Positions 8,961 through 18,759 of a stretch of 32,000 nt of DNA are shown here, piece after piece. The stretch is taken from assembly GCA_016699955.1 (NCBI GenBank), contig CP064993.1, forward strand, positions 900,001-932,000, read 5' to 3'. Below the pieces are notes generated by a model, which worked only from the letters and a program-made list of their open reading frames with translations, ran no database searches and had not been told where the DNA came from. Made by a program: the position numbers and the translations under genes. Position 1 is the first letter of the stretch. The number at the start of each line of letters is the position of its first letter. Source of the stretch: Candidatus Saccharimonadota bacterium (lineage in GTDB: Bacteria > Patescibacteriota > Saccharimonadia > Saccharimonadales > UBA4665).

Positions 8961-10124
8961 ATGAAAATTGGATTGGTTTGCCCATACAGTATTGCCAAAG
9001 GTGGCGGTGTTCAGGAAGTTGTAAAAGCTTTGCAGCGAGAATACATAAAGCTTGGGCACGAAGCTATTATCATTACGCCTCAACCGAAAGAACCCTTTAC
9101 AAATCGGGATCACAAAGTTGTCTTTATTGGCACTTCGACAGACTTTAAAGCTGCTGCAACAACCACACAAATCAGTGCAAGCATGCTGACCGATGAAATC
9201 GATAGCATCCTCGAATATGAAAAATTTGACGTACTACATTTTCATGAACCGTGGATACCCGTGCTGAGTAGACAAATTTTAAGCCGCAGCCAGTGTCCTA
9301 ACGTTGCAACGTTTCACGCAAAGTTGCCGGAAACTATTGCGAGCCGAGCGCTGGCAAAAGTTATCATACCCTACACAAAACCATTACTTAAGCACATAGA
9401 TGCCTACACAGCCGTGTCTAATGCAGCTGCCGAGTATGTTCGATCGCTGACTGATGCTGAAATTCAAATCATCCCCAATGGTATTCACACAGGACATTTC
9501 CGTCGCCCTGCTCACGCAGCTCAGGTTTCGCACAGCGGCAAGACTATTTTGTACATTGGTCGTCTTGAAAAACGCAAAGGTGTCAATTATCTCTTACAAG
9601 CGTTTAAGCTTCTGCAGGAGCGACAACCCGATGTGCGTTTGGTTATTGCTGGAGACGGCGTTGACAAAGAAAAACTCGAAGAACTTGCCGAGCAACTAGA
9701 AGTAAAACAGGTTAGCTTTTATGGCTACATTGACGACCGCACAAAGTTGGAATTATTGCACGCCGCTGATCTGTTTTGTTCCCCGGCAATTTATGGAGAA
9801 AGTTTTGGAATTGTGCTGCTTGAGGCGATGGCTAGCGGGCTTGTTACAATCGCGGGTAATAACTCTGGATACGAAAGTGTTATGACCGGGCTGGGACAAC
9901 TTTCACTTGTCGACCCGCGCGATAGCAAAGAATTTGCTCACCGCATGGAATTGTTACTGAACGACTCAGGTATACGAGATCTATGGATAAAATGGGCGAA
10001 GAAACATGTCAGGCAGTTTGAATATCACAAAGTGGCTGCAATGTATCTGGCATCGTACGAAAGAGCAATTAAAGAATTGGCAGATAACCCAAGGAGGAAA
10101 CGTGAAGATTGGCTTCGTTCTTGA
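8961..10124 (+). CDS. GT4-family glycosyltransferase (PimA-like)
   Basis: N-terminus MKIGLVCPYS..GGGVQ and C-terminal E(x7)E region ESFGIVLLEAMASG. Confidence 0.85.
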   Translation: MKIGLVCPYSIAKGGGVQEVVKALQREYIKLGHEAIIITPQPKEPFTNRDHKVVFIGTSTDFKAAATTTQISASMLTDEIDSILEYEKFDVLHFHEPWIPVLSRQILSRSQCPNVATFHAKLPETIASRALAKVIIPYTKPLLKHIDAYTAVSNAAAEYVRSLTDAEIQIIPNGIHTGHFRRPAHAAQVSHSGKTILYIGRLEKRKGVNYLLQAFKLLQERQPDVRLVIAGDGVDKEKLEELAEQLEVKQVSFYGYIDDRTKLELLHAADLFCSPAIYGESFGIVLLEAMASGLVTIAGNNSGYESVMTGLGQLSLVDPRDSKEFAHRMELLLNDSGIRDLWIKWAKKHVRQFEYHKVAAMYLASYERAIKELADNPRRKREDWLRS

Positions 10125-11235
10125 CGACACACTAGATAATCCGAATGGTATTCAGCAGTACATGCTCTGTGTTGGTCGGTGGCTTCAAAAACACGGGCAT
10201 GAAGTGTATTACATTGTTGGGGAGTCACACCGAACCGATGTTGAAAATATGTTTAGTGTAAGTACTAACATAAACGTTCGATTCAACGGAAACAAGCTGT
10301 CTATGCCAGCACCGGCCTCATATAAAAAGCTGCGTTGGCTGTTGGACGATCTAAAACTTGACGTGCTACATGTACAAGCTCCGTATAGCCCATTCTTGGC
10401 CGGTCGGCTTATTCGCAGCGTAAAGCCTTCAGTTGCGGTTGTTGGCACTTTTCATATTTTGCCGTATAGCCGTGCATCACGACTGGGAAGCGACATACTG
10501 GGGAAAATTAATACCTCGACCGCGAAACGTTTTGACGCTATGATGGCGGTCTCAGCCCCTACACAAGTCTTTGCCGGCAGGTATTATGGTTTTCGCAGTA
10601 TTGTAGTGGCGAATCCGTTTTATCACGACCAGTTCTCTGTTGCCAGACGTGGTAAAAACAAACCACATGTGGTCAAAAAAATAGTTTTTTTGGGTCGACT
10701 TGTCACTAGAAAAGGTCCACGGGAACTACTGGAGGCCGTTGCTTTACTTTATAGCACCAACTTGACCAAGGTAAAATACGAAGTGACAATAGCCGGACGG
10801 GGGCCGCTTCTAAATGAGCTGAATCGGTTTGTAGAAAAACAAGGACTTTCAAAAGTAGTCACTTTTACTGGATTTGTCGAAGAAAACAAGAAAGCAGAAC
10901 TGTTAGCTAGTGGTGATCTAGTCGTTTTTCCGAGCACATCTGGTGAAAGTTTTGGGATAAGTCTGCTTGAGGGTATGGCAGCGAGCCAAGGTGTTGTTTT
11001 GGCGGGTGATAATTTGGGATACGCCTGTGTTGTCGCTGACAAAAAACAGCTTTTCAACCCGCGAGACACAGAGGCATTTGCAAAACTACTTGCCAACTGG
11101 CTGGACGACGATACTGGTCGGGAATCTATGGCGCGGCTACAACAACAGTATGTGCGCCAGTATGATATTGACGAAATTGGTCCTAAAATTGTTGCAGTGT
11201 ATAATCAAGCTTTGCAAAAACGACCTCGGTCATGA
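10102..11235 (+). CDS. Second GT4-family glycosyltransferase
   Basis: GTG at 10102 is preceded by AAGGAGG (10091-10097) and gives VKIGFVLDD..., the usual GT4 N-terminus. C-terminal ESFGISLLEGMAAS. It overlaps the upstream GT4 gene by 23 nt. The ORF-track start at 10006 is probably too far upstream. Confidence 0.8.
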   Translation: MKIGFVLDDTLDNPNGIQQYMLCVGRWLQKHGHEVYYIVGESHRTDVENMFSVSTNINVRFNGNKLSMPAPASYKKLRWLLDDLKLDVLHVQAPYSPFLAGRLIRSVKPSVAVVGTFHILPYSRASRLGSDILGKINTSTAKRFDAMMAVSAPTQVFAGRYYGFRSIVVANPFYHDQFSVARRGKNKPHVVKKIVFLGRLVTRKGPRELLEAVALLYSTNLTKVKYEVTIAGRGPLLNELNRFVEKQGLSKVVTFTGFVEENKKAELLASGDLVVFPSTSGESFGISLLEGMAASQGVVLAGDNLGYACVVADKKQLFNPRDTEAFAKLLANWLDDDTGRESMARLQQQYVRQYDIDEIGPKIVAVYNQALQKRPRS

Positions 11236-11247
11236 CATAATGCTTTT

Positions 11248-12369
11248 ATGGCAAGATTATTTCCAAAAGAAAACTCAGATTTTGAGGTAACAATATCAAC
11301 TCATACCATAGTGCGTGTTATTTCACTCACTATGCTTACGATACTGCTCTTTTTTGCTATTAAGCAAAGCGCAGGTACGCTGACACTTATTGGAGCAGCA
11401 TTTTTCTTAAGCCTGGCACTGAACAGTCCAGTGCAATGGCTAGCCAGTCGCTTGCCTGCAAAGAAAAAAAACCGACGTTCACTCGCTACTGGTATATCTA
11501 TAGGGGTTATCCTACTAACGCTTACAGGATTTTTGGTCGCAGTTGTTCCGCCAATCGCCAAGCAAACTGCCGGATTTTTTAGTGATTTGCCGCAGCTTAT
11601 AGATGATACACGTAACGGCGAAGGTGCACTTGGGGCGTTTGTAGAAAAATATAACCTAGATTCTCAGGTCGAAAAGCTGTCATCTCAGCTGTCTACTCGA
11701 CTTGACGATGTCGGTGGTTCGGCGGTAACAGCAGTTTCAAAGATCGGCAGCAGTATTTTTGCTGTGCTAACCGTTATAGTTTTGACTGTGATGATGCTTG
11801 TTGAAGGCCCGAAATGGGGAAAACTACTTGAGGGGCTACTACCGGTTGGTCGGCGCGAATGGGCTCATCGCCTGACGGGGGATATGAATAAAGTTGTGCG
11901 CGGCTATGTAAACGGTCAGGTCATTTTGGCAGCTGTTGCCGCAGTTTTGATTGTACCCATGTTGTTTGCTATGCACGTTGCCTACCCACTCGCGCTAATG
12001 GTCGTTGTCTTCATATGCGGTCTTATACCAATGGTCGGCCATACCATTGGCGCCATTATTTGTACACTGGTAGCTCTTTTTACTTCACCGGCCGCGGCAA
12101 TATTTGTTCTCGCCTACTACATTCTGTACCAGCAGATAGAAAATTACGTTGTTCAGCCCCGTGTGCAGGCCAACTCAACCAACATGTCTCCGCTACTCGT
12201 GTTTGTAGCCGTCCTTATGGGCGCCAACTTCGGTGGATTGTTGGGCGCGCTTGTTGCTATTCCGGTAGCCGGATGTCTCCGCATTCTTGTTCTCGACTAT
12301 TTAGAGCGGCGGGACATATTGTCTCCAGCTACCGTTGAAGACGCTAAGACACGCGGCGGCGCACTATAA
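11248..12369 (+). CDS. AI-2E family transporter (PerM/YhhT-like permease)
   Basis: About 8 TM segments. The central VRGYVNGQVILA and C-terminal hydrophobic pattern are typical of the AI-2E/UPF0118 family. Confidence 0.75.
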   Translation: MARLFPKENSDFEVTISTHTIVRVISLTMLTILLFFAIKQSAGTLTLIGAAFFLSLALNSPVQWLASRLPAKKKNRRSLATGISIGVILLTLTGFLVAVVPPIAKQTAGFFSDLPQLIDDTRNGEGALGAFVEKYNLDSQVEKLSSQLSTRLDDVGGSAVTAVSKIGSSIFAVLTVIVLTVMMLVEGPKWGKLLEGLLPVGRREWAHRLTGDMNKVVRGYVNGQVILAAVAAVLIVPMLFAMHVAYPLALMVVVFICGLIPMVGHTIGAIICTLVALFTSPAAAIFVLAYYILYQQIENYVVQPRVQANSTNMSPLLVFVAVLMGANFGGLLGALVAIPVAGCLRILVLDYLERRDILSPATVEDAKTRGGAL

Positions 12370-12403
12370 GTTTTTTTAGATAGCTCAGAAGCCGGTGGTG
12401 TGT

Positions 12404-13807
12404 TCAATTTGGGTGCGACAGTCGGTACCAAACGGCACCACTCGGCGTGTCTCGTAGCCCAATACCTTCTGTAGCCAATTGGTCTCGCAGTTTGTCTGAT
12501 GCCTTCCAGTCCTTGTTGGTGCGCGCAATGCCCCGTTCTACTATCAGCTGCTTCTGCTCATTACTAATATCTTCCTCGCCAATGTAAATACCCAGGTGCT
12601 CATCGACAAGTCGTGCAATGCTATCTAGGCTGGCAGCACTAGCAAACCCTGAGATTGCCTTATCTGCGATTTCGTCGACAAGCTGGAGCGCGCGTGGTGT
12701 ATCAAGATCGTTAGCAAGCGCAGCCTGCATATCTTGGTCAAAATCGGCTGGATTGATATCTTGCGTGCCTATGTGCATCAGCGCTTCCTGCCAGCGGGTT
12801 GCCATTGCTTCTTGCCAATGATTTAGGCGGTTTTGGGCAGCTTCCAAATTATCCCAGGTAAAGTTTCCCTCTGTTCTGTAGTGCTTCCCAAGTGAAAACA
12901 CTTTAAATGCTTTCAGGCTGTAACCTTTTTCTAGTATGTCCCGCAGTGTGTAAATATTTCCTTTACTCTTCGCCATTTTGCCGCCGTCGACTTTTAGATG
13001 GTTGGCGTGCATCCAGAAGGCACTAAATTGTTTGCCCGTCACCGCTTCAGTCTGGGCGATTTCGTTTGTGTGGTGTACCGGTATGTGGTCTATGCCTCCT
13101 GTATGTATATCTATTTGTTCGCCGAGTGTTTCTTTTGCTATAACCGAACATTCCAAATGCCAACCCGGAAATCCAACTCCCCAAGGGCTGGTCCATTCCA
13201 TGTCTCGCCTACTGTCTGGCGGTGAAAACTTCCAAACTGCAAAATCTGTAATATTTTTTTTACCTTCTACGCTGACGCGTGCGCCGGCTTCTAAACCGTC
13301 AATATCTAGTCGCGCTAACTTGCCGTAATCTGTTAGCTTCGATGTATCAAAATACATTCCATCACCCGGAATTTCGTACAAGTAGCCTTTTGTAGCCAGC
13401 GTCTGCGCAAAAGTAATCTGCTGGGGGATCATGTCGGTCGCCCGAACTAAATGTGTTGGCTTCAGGAGCCCAAGCTGGCCTGCTTCTGTGGCTGCAACGC
13501 TTATGTACTTGTTGGCCACGTCCCAGGCGGTTATACCTTCCCTAAGAGCCCCTTTTTCCATTTTGTCTTGGCCATTATCATCGTCGCTGGTAAGATGACC
13601 AACGTCAGTAATATTTTGCGTGTGTTCGACGCTAAATCCAGCGGAACGAAGTGTGCGTACCAGCACATCCCAATATATGTATGGCAGCCAATTTCCGATG
13701 TGCGGTTGGCTATATACAGTGAGACCACAGGTGTAAAGTTTGATTTTACCGGCTTCAAGCGTTTGAAGCGTATTTTTTCCTTGAGTTAGCGTGTTGTATA
13801 GTTTCAT
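12404..13807 (-). CDS. cysS: Cysteine--tRNA ligase
   Basis: HIGH-type motif PHIGN, KMSKS-type motif KMAKSKGN and class I CysRS length. The start overlaps the upstream gene stop by 4 nt. Confidence 0.95.
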   Translation of the reverse strand: MKLYNTLTQGKNTLQTLEAGKIKLYTCGLTVYSQPHIGNWLPYIYWDVLVRTLRSAGFSVEHTQNITDVGHLTSDDDNGQDKMEKGALREGITAWDVANKYISVAATEAGQLGLLKPTHLVRATDMIPQQITFAQTLATKGYLYEIPGDGMYFDTSKLTDYGKLARLDIDGLEAGARVSVEGKKNITDFAVWKFSPPDSRRDMEWTSPWGVGFPGWHLECSVIAKETLGEQIDIHTGGIDHIPVHHTNEIAQTEAVTGKQFSAFWMHANHLKVDGGKMAKSKGNIYTLRDILEKGYSLKAFKVFSLGKHYRTEGNFTWDNLEAAQNRLNHWQEAMATRWQEALMHIGTQDINPADFDQDMQAALANDLDTPRALQLVDEIADKAISGFASAASLDSIARLVDEHLGIYIGEEDISNEQKQLIVERGIARTNKDWKASDKLRDQLATEGIGLRDTPSGAVWYRLSHPN

Positions 13808-14811
13808 GCGATATCCTGGTACTTTTGAAGAAGCAGATCACTTGCCATGCGCAAACATTCTTCCTTGATGTCGGCGTACTTGCGGCCATCGGTAATTTTG
13901 AAACCAGCAGCATAACTATGTCCTCCTCCGCCCATATGCTCGGCAAGCTGAGCGGCTATCGGGTAACCATTGTTTGCGCGAAGCGCTGCTGTGACCCGGC
14001 CGTCATCATAGCTTTTGAGCACAATAGCCAGCGCCACGCCCCGGACTTGCAACATATCAAACTGAACAAGTGGTGCCGGGTTATAGAGAGGGCTATATTC
14101 GTTGATTTCGGGCTGAGGAATGTGTACCAGGGCAATTTTACCGTCGGCAAAAAACTCTGTTCGCGTAATTAGCATGCCCTTGTAGCGAAAGATTTTTTCA
14201 ACCATTTTGCCATACTCACGTCGAAGCTCCTCAAGCCGTGGGCGGTTGGCGCCCAGCTCAGTCAGATCAGCCATGACGCGGTACGTTCCAGCGGTTGTCA
14301 AGTCGTTCATAAGACCTTGCGTGTCGCCAAGGATGGAGGTCATGATATGTTCGGCAGCCTCACTGGATACATTCCAACCAAGTGAAGAGCTCAGATGAAA
14401 GATCAATTCCCCGGTGGAAGCAACATGTTCATCGATGATTTGCAGCTGCGTAAAATCAATTTTATTTTCAACAGTAGCGTGATGGTCAAGTACAATGCAC
14501 GGTTTGCTTTTAAGCCACGTCAGCTGGCCGCTTTTATTAAGCTTATCCAGTAGTGTGTAAGTGCTAGTGTCGACTATAATGCTTAAGTCAAATTGGCTTG
14601 GCAGCGAATCGATTACCCGATCCCAGCCGTGCATATAGCGAAGATATTCTGGTACGTTGACGCCGCAGTACAGTACAACATTCTTGCCCATGTCACCGAG
14701 AATGTGCTCAAGCGCAAGAGCACTGCCGAGGCTATCCGCGTCAGGGTTATCAGCCTGGACAATAACGATTGTAGCTGCCGCGTCTACTGACCCACGAATT
14801 TGGTTTTCCAT
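13804..14811 (-). CDS. DHH-family phosphoesterase (NrnA-like oligoribonuclease/pAp phosphatase)
   Basis: Motifs DNPDADSLGS, VLDHH and GGGGHSYAAG (DHH plus DHHA1). I prefer ATG at 14811 (MENQIRG...) over the TTG at 14880 in the ORF track, based on the family N-terminus. Confidence 0.8.
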   Translation of the reverse strand: MENQIRGSVDAAATIVIVQADNPDADSLGSALALEHILGDMGKNVVLYCGVNVPEYLRYMHGWDRVIDSLPSQFDLSIIVDTSTYTLLDKLNKSGQLTWLKSKPCIVLDHHATVENKIDFTQLQIIDEHVASTGELIFHLSSSLGWNVSSEAAEHIMTSILGDTQGLMNDLTTAGTYRVMADLTELGANRPRLEELRREYGKMVEKIFRYKGMLITRTEFFADGKIALVHIPQPEINEYSPLYNPAPLVQFDMLQVRGVALAIVLKSYDDGRVTAALRANNGYPIAAQLAEHMGGGGHSYAAGFKITDGRKYADIKEECLRMASDLLLQKYQDIA

Positions 14812-14854
14812 ACCTTGTATTGTACGTTGGTGTGACTGATACACAAAGTAGTTG

Positions 14855-14863
14855 TGGTATGAT
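14855..14863 (+). promoter_or_regulatory. Extended -10 element TGGTATGAT placed 6 nt before an ATG (leaderless-type arrangement)
   Basis: TGnTATGAT at 14855-14863, then GGCAAT, then ATG at 14870. Confidence 0.3.
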
Positions 14864-14869
14864 GGCAAT

Positions 14870-15139
14870 ATGAGAAGCAAAAAAGGCGTTAAACAACTAA
14901 GAGAAATGCTGACTGAGGCGGTCGAACTTGTGCCAGTCGGATCTAGGTGGCGTCACTATAAGGGCGGAGAATATATTGTTACGGCGATCGCGTTTGACGA
15001 GGAAACGCTAGAGTTCGAAGTTATTTATTCGCCAATTGAGGCGCCAGATATTCATTTTGCTCGCTGGATGAGCATTTGGCTTGAGACTGTCGCATGGCAA
15101 GGTGCCACCCTTCCTCGTTTTGAGCACACGTCAGGCTAA
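14870..15139 (+). CDS. DUF1653-like small protein
   Basis: The core WRHYKGGEYIV...EVIYSP resembles DUF1653. This is the only + strand gene in the 12.4-31 kb stretch. Its stop overlaps the recR stop region by 4 nt (convergent). Alternative starts are TTG 14852 or the internal ATG (MLTEAV...). Confidence 0.55.
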   Translation: MRSKKGVKQLREMLTEAVELVPVGSRWRHYKGGEYIVTAIAFDEETLEFEVIYSPIEAPDIHFARWMSIWLETVAWQGATLPRFEHTSG

Positions 15140-15741
15140 AGCAGCTGCCTGCCTTCAAGGGCACGGCTGAGGGTTATCTGGTCAGCGTATTCTAGGTCAA
15201 CACCGATGGGCAGTCCACGCGCTAAACGAGTTATTTTAACTTCCCGGTCGCCAATTTGCTGTTGGATGTATAAGGCCGTCGATTCGCCTTCGACACTGGC
15301 GTTAGTTGCCAAGATTATTTCCTTTACGTCATCTTCATCAATGCGCTGCATAAGCTGAGCGATGTGCAATTCTTCGGGCAGTACACCGTCAATCGGTGAA
15401 ACCAAACCGCCTAAAACGTGGTAGGTGCCGTGGAAAGCGCCGATTTTCTCAAGAGAGACAATGTCGAGCGGCTCGGCAACGACGGCAATTAGGCTTTTGT
15501 CACGCTTTGGATCACTATAGAGCGGCGAAATATCCTTCGCTGCATCAATTAGAGCAAATGTTCGAGGGCAATATTTGACGCTGTCGTGTAGATTGGCAAG
15601 CGCAGCGGCGATTTGTTGAGACTTTCCCCGGTCATGCCGTACCAAAAAATACGCATATCTTTCGGCGGTACGTGAACCAACGCCAGGCAAATTGCCTAGC
15701 GCCTCAATAAGGGTTTCAAGCGCAACGGGAAGAATGTTCAT
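15136..15741 (-). CDS. recR: Recombination protein RecR (zinc-finger cysteines not conserved)
   Basis: N-terminal HhH LPGVGSRTAERYAYF, Toprim region VVAEPLDI...YHVLGG and C-terminal ATNASVEGESTA. Confidence 0.9.
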   Translation of the reverse strand: MNILPVALETLIEALGNLPGVGSRTAERYAYFLVRHDRGKSQQIAAALANLHDSVKYCPRTFALIDAAKDISPLYSDPKRDKSLIAVVAEPLDIVSLEKIGAFHGTYHVLGGLVSPIDGVLPEELHIAQLMQRIDEDDVKEIILATNASVEGESTALYIQQQIGDREVKITRLARGLPIGVDLEYADQITLSRALEGRQLL

Positions 15742-15747
15742 TGGTCT

Positions 15748-16047
15748 TTACAGGCCAAGATTGCCGAGCATGCCCATAAATGGCTGCATTTTTTCAGCGG
15801 CTACTTTTTGACTTTCTGAAATTGCATCTTTTACAGCGTCTTCTACCCAACGTTCAAGCTGTTCAATATCGTCAAGGTCGACATATTCTGGGTCAATTTT
15901 AATTTTTTTAATTTTTTGTTCGCCAGTTATTTCAACCCGCACGGCTCCATCGCCCTGTTCGATAGTAATTACCATTTTTTGTAGTTCTTTTTGGATTTTT
16001 TTAACTTGTAGCAACATTTTTGCTTGATCAAATCGACTCATATTCAC
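15748..16047 (-). CDS. ybaB: YbaB/EbfC-family nucleoid-associated protein
   Basis: 99 aa. An N-terminal lysine-rich helix (KKIQKELQKM), a central beta segment and the classical position upstream of recR. Confidence 0.85.
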   Translation of the reverse strand: MNMSRFDQAKMLLQVKKIQKELQKMVITIEQGDGAVRVEITGEQKIKKIKIDPEYVDLDDIEQLERWVEDAVKDAISESQKVAAEKMQPFMGMLGNLGL

Positions 16048-16075
16048 CTCCGTTTATAGATACTATTGTAACAGA

Positions 16076-17296
16076 TTATGACGGCTTGTTTATAGTGTAA
16101 ACAGCTTTTGTCTCAGGGGCATTTGGCCAAGCGGTGTAATATGCTTTGATATGATAGAGGGTCGAGGATCCAACCAGCACAACGAGGAGTGCCATACCAG
16201 CAAGCCGAGCAAGTGGATTTTTGGGGAAAACTCTCAGCCATTGATCAAGCAAGTAGTAGATGCCACCGGCAATTGTAAGATAGATGAGCGGAATAATCAT
16301 AGCCATGGCTGCACTGCCACCCAGAACAATTAGCACAGACGAAACCGCGAGCATACCAAATAGTAAGTAATTTCCTCGTATGCGAGGTCTTGAAAAAAGT
16401 AAAATAAAACCAGCTATAAACAAAATAATTTCTCCGGCACTTAGCAGCGGAGCGCCGTATAACCAATATTCCGGCGGCCAATAGCCCTTAAATATTACCG
16501 AAGAACCGAGGTGCATAGCATTATCAAAAAGCAGCTGTAATGATGGGAGCGAAGTGGGAAGCCCTAGCACGGTCAGTAGGACATTTGGCGACCGGACTGC
16601 CCCTATCACTAGCGGAATAGTAATAATAACGCCAGTCAGCACGAGAAGCGCAGAGTGGTTCGCACCAAGTTGTCGGAAAATACCTAGTATTCGCCTATGC
16701 ATAAGCACAATTCCAATAAGCTCAAACCAAATCATTCCCGGAATATATAAACAGAGCGCAAAAATAGCAGCAATTGCATACGACATAAGCCGTTCTTTTT
16801 TGGCTTTGCGTAGCAGAAACGTACAGGCAATTAAAACTATTGTTGCCATCTGCAGGATAAATGCCGCACCGATTCTACCAAAATGTAAATATCCAGAAGA
16901 ACTAACAAACAGTATGGTCGCGAGGAGTGCAACTTGTTTAGAATACCAATGAACAGCGACCCAGTAAAAAAGTAGCGCAAAAGTCGCTGCAATTAACGCT
17001 GCGGCTATGCGTGTCACCGCAATGCTTTGGTGACCCATTTTATGCCCAATCCACACCAGACTCTTATAGGGAGCATCTACTGGATTGTTGTATATGGTAC
17101 GAAGACTGATTGACTGTTGTTGCGAAGCTTGTTCAAGCGGAGCATAGTTTGGTATCAGTGTTGTTAAGCCACGGAAAAGGAGCACATAGGCTAACAGTGC
17201 GAGGCCGAGCCACGCAAGTAGTAATCGCCAATGCACGGTTATGAAATTGAGTATTCTGTCCATAAGTATTATAGCTAAGTATAACCTCAGTTCCAC
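16076..17296 (-). CDS. Polytopic membrane protein, possibly GT-C fold (ArnT/PMT_2-like) glycosyltransferase
   Basis: More than 10 predicted TM helices. The first loop and following helix (DAPYKSLVWIGHKMG..AVTRIAAALIA) loosely resemble PMT_2/ArnT-type enzymes. The start is more likely ATG at 17263 (MDRILNF...). Confidence 0.5.
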   Translation of the reverse strand: MELRLYLAIILMDRILNFITVHWRLLLAWLGLALLAYVLLFRGLTTLIPNYAPLEQASQQQSISLRTIYNNPVDAPYKSLVWIGHKMGHQSIAVTRIAAALIAATFALLFYWVAVHWYSKQVALLATILFVSSSGYLHFGRIGAAFILQMATIVLIACTFLLRKAKKERLMSYAIAAIFALCLYIPGMIWFELIGIVLMHRRILGIFRQLGANHSALLVLTGVIITIPLVIGAVRSPNVLLTVLGLPTSLPSLQLLFDNAMHLGSSVIFKGYWPPEYWLYGAPLLSAGEIILFIAGFILLFSRPRIRGNYLLFGMLAVSSVLIVLGGSAAMAMIIPLIYLTIAGGIYYLLDQWLRVFPKNPLARLAGMALLVVLVGSSTLYHIKAYYTAWPNAPETKAVYTINKPS

Positions 17297-17371
17297 ATAA
17301 GTACCACCGGATTTCCATATTTTACGCTAAAATGAGCGAAGCGAACAAGCCGAAAGCGAGCTTCTGATTTT

Positions 17372-18727
17372 TTACTGAGCGTCAAACGGTATTGCCGCGT
17401 GGCTACTGTCTAGCGAGCGAATACGCTGTTTTTCTCGGTCAAAATACAATTCGACCCCGCCAGTTGGACCGTTGCGGTGTTTTTTAATGAGAACATCCAT
17501 GATGTTTTTGCGCTCACTTTCTGGCTCGTAATAATCTTCGCGGTATAAAAATGCGACGACGTCGGCATCTTGCTCAATAGAACCAGATTCACGTAAGTCT
17601 GATAGTTGTGGTATTTTTGGGTTGCGGCTTTCGACTGACCGGCTTAACTGGCTGAGGGCTATGACAGGAACGTTGAGCTCGCGGGCAATACCTTTCAGTC
17701 CGCGAGAAATTTCCGATATCTCTTGTACGCGGTTGCCCTCGTTGCTGTACTTGCCGCCGCCACTCATAAGCTGCAAGTAGTCTACGACTATGAGGCCAAG
17801 CTTCTGGGTGTGGGCTTCGCGTCTTGATTTTGTTCGTAGGTCGCTCACAGTTATCCCGGGGGAGTCGTCTATGAAAATTTTTGCTTCGCTGAGGGTACCC
17901 ATTGCTTCGCCGAGACGCTCAAAGTCGTCATCGGTTAGTTTACCGGTACGCAGTGCCCAAGCGTCTACGCCTGATTCCATGGCGAGTAAGCGGTCAACTA
18001 ACTGTTCTTTGCTCATTTCTAGGCTAAATATGAGCACAGATTCTTTTGCCAGTGTCGCTACTTTGTGGGCAAGGTTCAAAACAAAGGCGGTTTTCCCCAT
18101 TGATGGCCTAGCTGCGATAATAAACAAATCTGACCGTTGGAAGCCAGCCAAAATATTGTCGAGGTCGCGGTAACCGCTGGGAACACCCCGTAGCTTGTTT
18201 TTGTCTTTGTGGAGGTCGTCGAGACGCTCAAAACTGTCAGCAAGAACTGATTCCAAGCTAACGACACTTTGCTTGACGTGTTGTTGGCTAACAGCAAATA
18301 GTCGAGCCTCAGCTTCCTCGATGAGTTCTTGAAGTGCTTTTGATTCATCTCGTCCCAAATCTGCCATTTCGGCGCTGGCCGAAATAAGACGGCGGCGCAG
18401 TGCTTTCTGTGCGACAATGTCGGCGTATTGTTCAACGTGAGCCGCTGTTGGCACGAAATTTGTCAGTTCGGTGAGATAGCTTGACCCCCCCACCATTTCC
18501 AGAAAACCATTACCTTTGAGCTGATCGGCGAGCGTCAGAACATCTATGGCAGAACGTTTTTCGTACAGCGCGCGCAAGGCTTCGTAGATACGGGCATGGC
18601 GGGCGTCGAAAAAATCGTCAGGTGTTATTCTGTCTGCGATTTTTATGATGGCATCGGTGTCTATCAACACTGCGCCTAGTAGCGATGCTTCCGCCTCGAT
18701 ATTCTGTGGTAGTGGTTCTACGGCCAT
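17372..18727 (-). CDS. dnaB: Replicative DNA helicase DnaB
   Basis: N-terminal PQNIEAEASLLGA, Walker A ARPSMGKTAF, Walker B LIVVDYLQLM. There is no intein insertion. Confidence 0.95.
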   Translation of the reverse strand: MAVEPLPQNIEAEASLLGAVLIDTDAIIKIADRITPDDFFDARHARIYEALRALYEKRSAIDVLTLADQLKGNGFLEMVGGSSYLTELTNFVPTAAHVEQYADIVAQKALRRRLISASAEMADLGRDESKALQELIEEAEARLFAVSQQHVKQSVVSLESVLADSFERLDDLHKDKNKLRGVPSGYRDLDNILAGFQRSDLFIIAARPSMGKTAFVLNLAHKVATLAKESVLIFSLEMSKEQLVDRLLAMESGVDAWALRTGKLTDDDFERLGEAMGTLSEAKIFIDDSPGITVSDLRTKSRREAHTQKLGLIVVDYLQLMSGGGKYSNEGNRVQEISEISRGLKGIARELNVPVIALSQLSRSVESRNPKIPQLSDLRESGSIEQDADVVAFLYREDYYEPESERKNIMDVLIKKHRNGPTGGVELYFDREKQRIRSLDSSHAAIPFDAQ

Positions 18728-18759
18728 TTATTCTCTCGACCCTTCTTATTTGTCGTGCT

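Noticed and set aside
12370-12403. The convergence point of the + strand gene block (left) and the - strand block (right), as a possible replication terminus or dif site
   Set aside because: The 34-nt spacer has no dif-like XerCD half-sites or palindrome. Gene orientation alone over 32 kb is insufficient evidence.
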